NCBI GenBank assembly: GCA_964016885.1
Contig: OZ024742.1
Span: 124,186,001-124,250,000, forward strand
Direction of reading: 5' to 3'
Source: Eledone cirrhosa
Lineage: Eukaryota
DNA length: 64,000 nt
The translations under genes and the position numbers were made by a program. Of the stretch, positions 56,799 to 64,000 are shown in pieces. The notes under the pieces were generated by a model. It saw nothing but the letters and a program-made list of their open reading frames with translations, searched no databases and was not told the DNA's origin. How positions within the stretch are numbered: position 1 is the stretch's first letter; every line of letters starts with the position of its first letter.

Positions 56799-57016
56799 TA
56801 CCATATGTATACAGACGTACAGTAGCATGCATATATATATATATATATACATATATACATACATATGCATACAGGCACACATACATACATGCACATATAT
56901 ATATATATGTATATATTTATATATATATATATATACATACATATATACATGAATACATATATCATCAATAGGGGCCAACAGTAGAGCCAGTGATTTTGTG
57001 TATGTATATATGTATG

Positions 57017-57061
<45 letters not shown>

Positions 57062-57062
57062 G

Positions 57063-57114
<52 letters not shown>

Positions 57115-57134
57115 TATATATATATATGTATATG

Positions 57135-57165
<31 letters not shown>

Positions 57166-57190
57166 GTATATGTATATATATATATGTATG

Positions 57191-57255
<65 letters not shown>

Positions 57256-57311
57256 GTATATATATGTATATGTATATATATATATGTATGTATATATATA
57301 TATATACATAT

Positions 57312-57384
<73 letters not shown>

Positions 57385-57511
57385 TACATACATATATATG
57401 TATATATATATACATATATACATACATATATATATATATATATATACATACATATATATATATATATACATGTATACATACATATATATATATATATACA
57501 TATATACATAC

Positions 57512-57638
<127 letters not shown>

Positions 57639-57701
57639 TACATACATATATATATATATATATACATATATACATACATATATATATATATATATACATA
57701 T

Positions 57702-57808
<107 letters not shown>

Positions 57809-57839
57809 CATACATATATATATATATACATACATATGC

Positions 57840-57876
<37 letters not shown>

Positions 57877-57930
57877 CATACATATATATATATATATATA
57901 TACATACATATGTATATATATATATATACA

Positions 57931-58016
<86 letters not shown>

Positions 58017-58054
58017 TACATATATAGATATACATATATATATACACACATATA

Positions 58055-58085
<31 letters not shown>

Positions 58086-58122
58086 GCATTCATATATATA
58101 TATATACATATATACATACATA

Positions 58123-58252
<130 letters not shown>

Positions 58253-58275
58253 CATACATATATATATATACATAC

Positions 58276-58308
<33 letters not shown>

Positions 58309-58513
58309 CATACATACATATATATATACATACATATATATATATATATATATACATACATATATATATATATACATACATATATATATACATACATATA
58401 TATATACATACATATATATATACATACATATATATATATATACATACATATATATATATACATATATATACATACATATATATATACATATATATACATA
58501 CATATATATATAC

Positions 58514-58572
<59 letters not shown>

Positions 58573-58595
58573 CATACATATATATATATACATAC

Positions 58596-58628
<33 letters not shown>

Positions 58629-59058
58629 CATACATATATATATATACATACATATATATATATATATATATACATACATACATATATATATATATACATG
58701 CATATATATATATATACATACATATATATATATATATATACATACATATATTTTACCATTTACATACTATTTTACCATTTACTACATTTCTATTGGTCAA
58801 TTCAAAACCTGTTCCCAAACAGACCTATTATATTAAATCTTTGTTGGTTTTTTTTTCAAGAAACAAATAGCATTATTTCTGAAGACAGCATATATATGTG
58901 TAGATGTGTATATTCCCTCTGATAGTTTGTAAAAAATTTACATAGATCTATATGATATACATACCAACACAAACATATATATCCTAGAAACGATCGTAAA
59001 ATGATGAAATTTTTAACATAAGGAACTGTTTATTTGATATTATTCATTATTTTTATTA

Positions 59059-59099
<41 letters not shown>

Positions 59100-59640
59100 T
59101 TGTGTGTTATGCACGGGAACGTTAGTTTGTCTCTGTCTTGTCTGAAAATGATTGTTGTCATATAATTATCAGTTCCGGAATATCATGATTTAAACTACTC
59201 ATGATTAATAAATTAAATTCCATGCAAGAATAAATCTTTAAATCGACTATAATCATTGAACTTTTTGCACCAGAATGACTGCAATCTAACAAGTGAAAAC
59301 AAGATAATATAACATAATATAACATATTTGGAGGATACTAATATTTTTTTCTCCCACATTTCCTCACAAATTAGGCATTATATTGACATTATTAAGAATA
59401 TAGAATTTCCTTATTGCTGGATGGGGAGTTTCTATTCACCACGTTGGAATCCAAAACATTCGAATATTTACAAATGCTTGAAAAACCAAGTCTGTCTCAG
59501 TGGTATATTGTGATCATCTATGTTAAGTTTATCTCGTTTTTTTTTCCTTCTGCCGCTATTTGAAACATCCCAGGTGTTCGTCATTGAAAAAATTCATTGA
59601 ATTTACGTGTATCTCTCTCTCTGTATATATATATATATAT

Positions 59641-59694
<54 letters not shown>

Positions 59695-59769
59695 AGAAAT
59701 AACAACACAATAGGCACAGTATATACATATATACATACATACATACATATACACACACACACACACACT

Positions 59770-59856
<87 letters not shown>

Positions 59857-62800
59857 ATATATATATATACATATATAGAGAGAGGATATATGTGTTATGA
59901 GTCAAGTAGAAAATAAAGTTTTATATTTTTCGTTCTACTAATTCTGTATTTGTCAGTAATAGTGCAGTTTTAAAATTATCCATTCATTCTTCATCGGAAC
60001 CATTACTCAAGCTAGTTTGAATCTACCACTTATATTCCTTACAAGTGATTATCTATCATTTTAGATGTGGTAACTGGGAATTTAAAATTGAATAATCAAG
60101 AAATGCATTGTTTTCTTTTCCATCCTAGTTTAAATAGACAATTCTTTCCTTGAAAGGTAAAAGAAAATCTCCTGAAATTTGATTTAAACTATAACGTTTA
60201 TGCCATATAGCTCCGGCAAATTAAATTACATTCTTGCTTATATATTTTCGTAAATTATATATTTATGAACCAACGTGTCTGGACGTTTGGTATATAGACC
60301 GTTGTAATTGAATTGTTTTATATGATTTCCTTTATTTAATCGAATTAGTAATCTATATTTTTGTTGCTTAATCTGACTTCTCCAGCATCTATTCAAGTAA
60401 ACAGATTAAAATATTAAAAGATTTACTTTATTTATCTATAAAGTTTCTATTGAGTTTATGTTGGGAAAACTAACTTGAAATTGTGTGCTTTTGATTTTGA
60501 TCAGTCGTTTTCACATATTCTCGTCTGTAGTAAATTTTCGTTTTGTTAAATTTCGAAATTACACATTTATTACGTACTTTAATTTGGAATGATAGTTTTT
60601 CTTTACATTTAAGCTTTAGTCTATGAAAAAATAGTAACTGACCTCTAACTGCAAACCTCACTTTTAGTGAAATTTATTGTTTTTTTTAATATTTTGAAAA
60701 GGACATATGTTTTATTTGATATACTAAACTATGTATATTCCTTGAACGTAAAATAAATCTTATGCGATATTTCATTGATCAATGAAATTTACAACAATGT
60801 TTCCAGTGAAATATATTATAAATATTTGCGAATAATTATTTTTTTATAGGAAGCTAATAGGTTAGCACATATGTTTACAATATATTTTGAAGAGTGACCC
60901 GTCTAAAGCAATACCAAATTTACTTCTTTAGATCCGTCATCCCAAATAAAATTGAAATCCCACCCATTTCTTTAGTCATATATCTCAATGGAGGTTTTCA
61001 TTATTAGTATTTTTATTGGTGAAAAATCATGCAGTCTCATGTTAAAATTTGAAGGTACAAAAGAACGTTCTAAGATTAATGTCACACATACTAGAAGAAA
61101 TTAGATAATTAATGCTTTAGGAGAAAGCTAGGCATGCTGATTCTTGTCATGCTATATCTAGTTACGTAATTAGAATTACATTTATGAAACAATGTATTAT
61201 TGAATAAGACGTTGCATTTGATAATTGAGAATTTAATTAGAATATAATGTTATTCCGGAGTTAAATTTGCTACTATTTAAAGACTAACTTTACGACTGGT
61301 AGATAAGGATATACACCTCAGCTGCATTTATATTTTTCTATCATAAATAGTATCCCGCATTGATTTGTGTTCCATTTTGCTTCGGTCAAATTAGTAGGTA
61401 CTAGACGGTTATATCGACAACATATTCGTCTACGTAAAATTAAAGAAATTTGTTTTTACTGCATTATGTGTTCATTTTTAATTCATTTCTCTTTTGCATC
61501 AAACTGTTTAAATACATTATTCTCTTGATTAGGTACAGAGTCGTTTGTTTGTAGAGTATTTTTATATTTATTTGCAATGCTCAGGCATTATGTCCGTTAT
61601 TATTTTCATAAGGCAACGTTAAATAATACCTCGTAAAATAGGAGGACTTAAAATATGAGTTGGAAGAATTGTACATTTAGAATATTTCATGACTCCTATC
61701 TGTACATCAGAACAGCCATATGTCTTCAAATTTTGATGGCCGTTTTTATTGACAGTTATGCTAGATTTATTGTTTTTAGCCAGCCTTCAATGATGGAAAC
61801 ATGAAAACCTCAAGGAAAATATCGATATCGTACATTTGAACGAAGGAGGCGCTATAATTTAATAAATCTACTCTACGGATTATTTTTATTGAACATTTAC
61901 TCACAACAGGTAGCAGACAGTTTATATGAGACACTTCTCTTTACAACCTGTTTTACTTACACTGATATGAAAATATCACTATTTTTTCAAAAAGCATGTA
62001 TAATCTACTGCAAGTACTATTTAGTTGGATGTTTTACACTCAGGAACATCATGGCGGAAATTGAAATTGAGAACATGCCACATTGAACTAAATACAGAAC
62101 AGCGTCCAATTTCCAATATATATTTCGGCTACATTCAAATATATGTGTCACTGAAAATTTCATTTCAAAATTAATATTCATTTCTTCATATTAATATTCC
62201 TTCCTTTTCATTTGTAGTCACCCTGAATTGGTTATAAATTTAAAGTTGCCTTTGTTTTTCATTTATGTGTTTCTTATACATTTATTCGCCCATGCCTTCC
62301 CGACTATTTTCCCTATTCACTTCTAATTCATTCTGTTACGTTACTCTCTGTGTATATAAACCATTGTCTCCAATTATGTTCATCAATTAAACCATTGAAT
62401 GATTTACGCGTTTGATTAGGTTTACATAGACGGACATCACACTGGTATATCACAAAGAAAAGTGTAATCTCTGTATGCATCTGCATTATTGTAATTTATT
62501 GACATCATTGATGTTAACCTGAAATTAAAAGTTGCCGAGATTTTTATCACATTTAAAAATGTTAATGACTTGTGTCATTACGATAGTTAATAATCGCAAT
62601 TGTCACATTATTCACCTTTCAGAAGTGTCAGACAATCTTTTCATAATTTTCTCTAAAATTAAGATGTATTATATAAAAAAAAAAAATAGATTGTTATAAA
62701 TATAATATGAAAAATACACGAAAAGTTCAGTGACAAGTAGCAGAAACGTTTCGAGGGAGTGACACAACGTTACTTTCATTATCAAAATAAGTTCTCGATT

Positions 62801-63263
62801 TTATTCATTTGAACTACTATATAAGGATAATAAAAACGATGCGTGAAAATGCTTGCCAACGTTCATATTGATTAAATTTTGTAAGTGTCAGCTGAAGGCA
62901 GCAAAATATATATATATATAGTCATTAATCAGTAATTCATTAAATGAAACCCATAAAATCAATACGTTTGGAAAATGTATTTCAAAATGTAATATTTTGT
63001 GTCAACAATTTATTCTGTATGTTTTCCACAATACGACAAATGCAAAACAACGTAAGGAGGATCAACCCTTCTGAAAACATACATTGATATACTGAGTATA
63101 TATAGATATTCTATTTAAGGATGTGAATACTTACGATTAGTATTCTTTGATAAAGCAAAGCTAGGGTCAAACATATCACAGTAAATATGTAGAAGAACTA
63201 CCATGGCGATAACTGATAATTTTCAAATGTGAAAATTGCAAACTTGGCTGTCACCACAGAATA

Positions 63264-63302
63264 TGACCCTGAAGATTGCGAAAGGATGAAAGTACTTGTT
63301 CA
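63264..63302 (+). ncRNA. Minimal type I hammerhead, family H7 (solo)
   Basis: UGACC-CUGAAGA-U UGC GAAA GGA U-GAAA-GUAC-UU/GUUCA; palindromic AGUACU helix III; one mismatch each in stems I and II. Confidence 0.72.
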
Positions 63303-63466
63303 ATTAACAATTAACATTTAATATTCTACCATACTATTTCATTCTAATACCATTATACATTTTAAAGGATTGTAAATAAAACGAGTAAATCAGTGAAAGA
63401 TGGAATTCCTTTTATTAATATAATCTTCTATACACAATCATACACACCCGTGTATATTTATTTATA

Positions 63467-63577
<111 letters not shown>

Positions 63578-63665
63578 TATAAAGTACCAGTAATACACTG
63601 GGTATTTGCTGGCCTTGTGCCAAATGTAGAAAGAGTTATATATATATATATATATATATTTTTAA

Positions 63666-63858
63666 ATAACTGTTTCTACGTTTGGCACAAAGCCACCAGT
63701 TAACCAGTGTATTACTGGTACTTTATTTTATCGACCCCGTAAGGATGAAAGGCAAAGTTAACCTCGGCGGGATTTGAACTCAGAATGGCAAGGGCCGTAA
63801 TTCTATGCATCAAAGCATGGCGTCCAACCCTGTACCGATACTGCCAATCCACCGCCCT
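63666..63858 (-). mobile_element. SINE family 1 full copy (tail fragment also at ~63580-63635 on +)
   Basis: Reverse complement matches 46864-47060. Confidence 0.85.
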
Positions 63859-64000
63859 TATATTTATATATAACGGCGATGAATTAGTTTTGCGAGGTTT
63901 TTGATATGCAATAGTGTGTCGAAACAAATATTGTTATACTTTGGGAGGGTCATATTTGTGTAATAATATTGCCGGAATTAATAATAGAACACACTCACTC

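Larger units (their letters stand above)
55091..56895 (-). repeat. Tandem array of ~475-bp units (x ~3.8), one hammerhead per unit (retrozyme-like)
   Basis: Unit starts aagtatgcatgta at ~55092, 55558, 56033 and 56509; cleavage-site spacing 475, 476, 474. Confidence 0.9.

Noticed and set aside
55100-56971. Repeated 100-135-aa ORFs in the 475-bp array
   Set aside because: Frames vary with the internal (TA)n length; no motif; antisense to the HHR.
62744-62798. Minus-strand UUGAUAA...stem...GAAACGUU hammerhead-like remnant
   Set aside because: Two core changes, an imperfect stem II and no stem I; possibly a decayed HHR, but unsupported.
58800-63200. Possible host exons in unique AT-rich DNA
   Set aside because: No convincing ORF with splice-site pairing; small exons cannot be excluded without RNA-seq.

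Overview
AT-rich, microsatellite-laden eukaryotic intergenic or intronic DNA. I found no supportable host protein-coding gene. The SINE families, (TA)n density and R4/RTE/Penelope content suggest a cephalopod (octopus-like) genome, which is an inference. Nearly all informative sequence is retroelement-derived: a cluster of R4/Dong RLE non-LTR elements in (TAA)n tracts (1.7-9.7 kb), a Hero-like RLE fragment, RTE remnants, two lineages of Penelope-like elements (PLEs; Naiad-type CxCx5C and Neptune-type), and many tRNA-derived SINEs. The main hidden layer is catalytic RNA. By eye I find about 17 hammerhead-ribozyme (HHR) cores from about 8 sequence families. Four lie in a ~475-bp head-to-tail array (55.1-56.9 kb), one per unit, which is the architecture of a non-LTR retrozyme predicted to yield ~475-nt circular RNAs. 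Other HHRs sit in fold-back palindromes within (TA)n. A candidate HDV-like ribozyme with pairing-preserving P1 changes lies at the 5' end of two RTE-derived families. All folds were assigned by manual base-pairing, not computed. The long Ile/Tyr ORFs are microsatellite artefacts.
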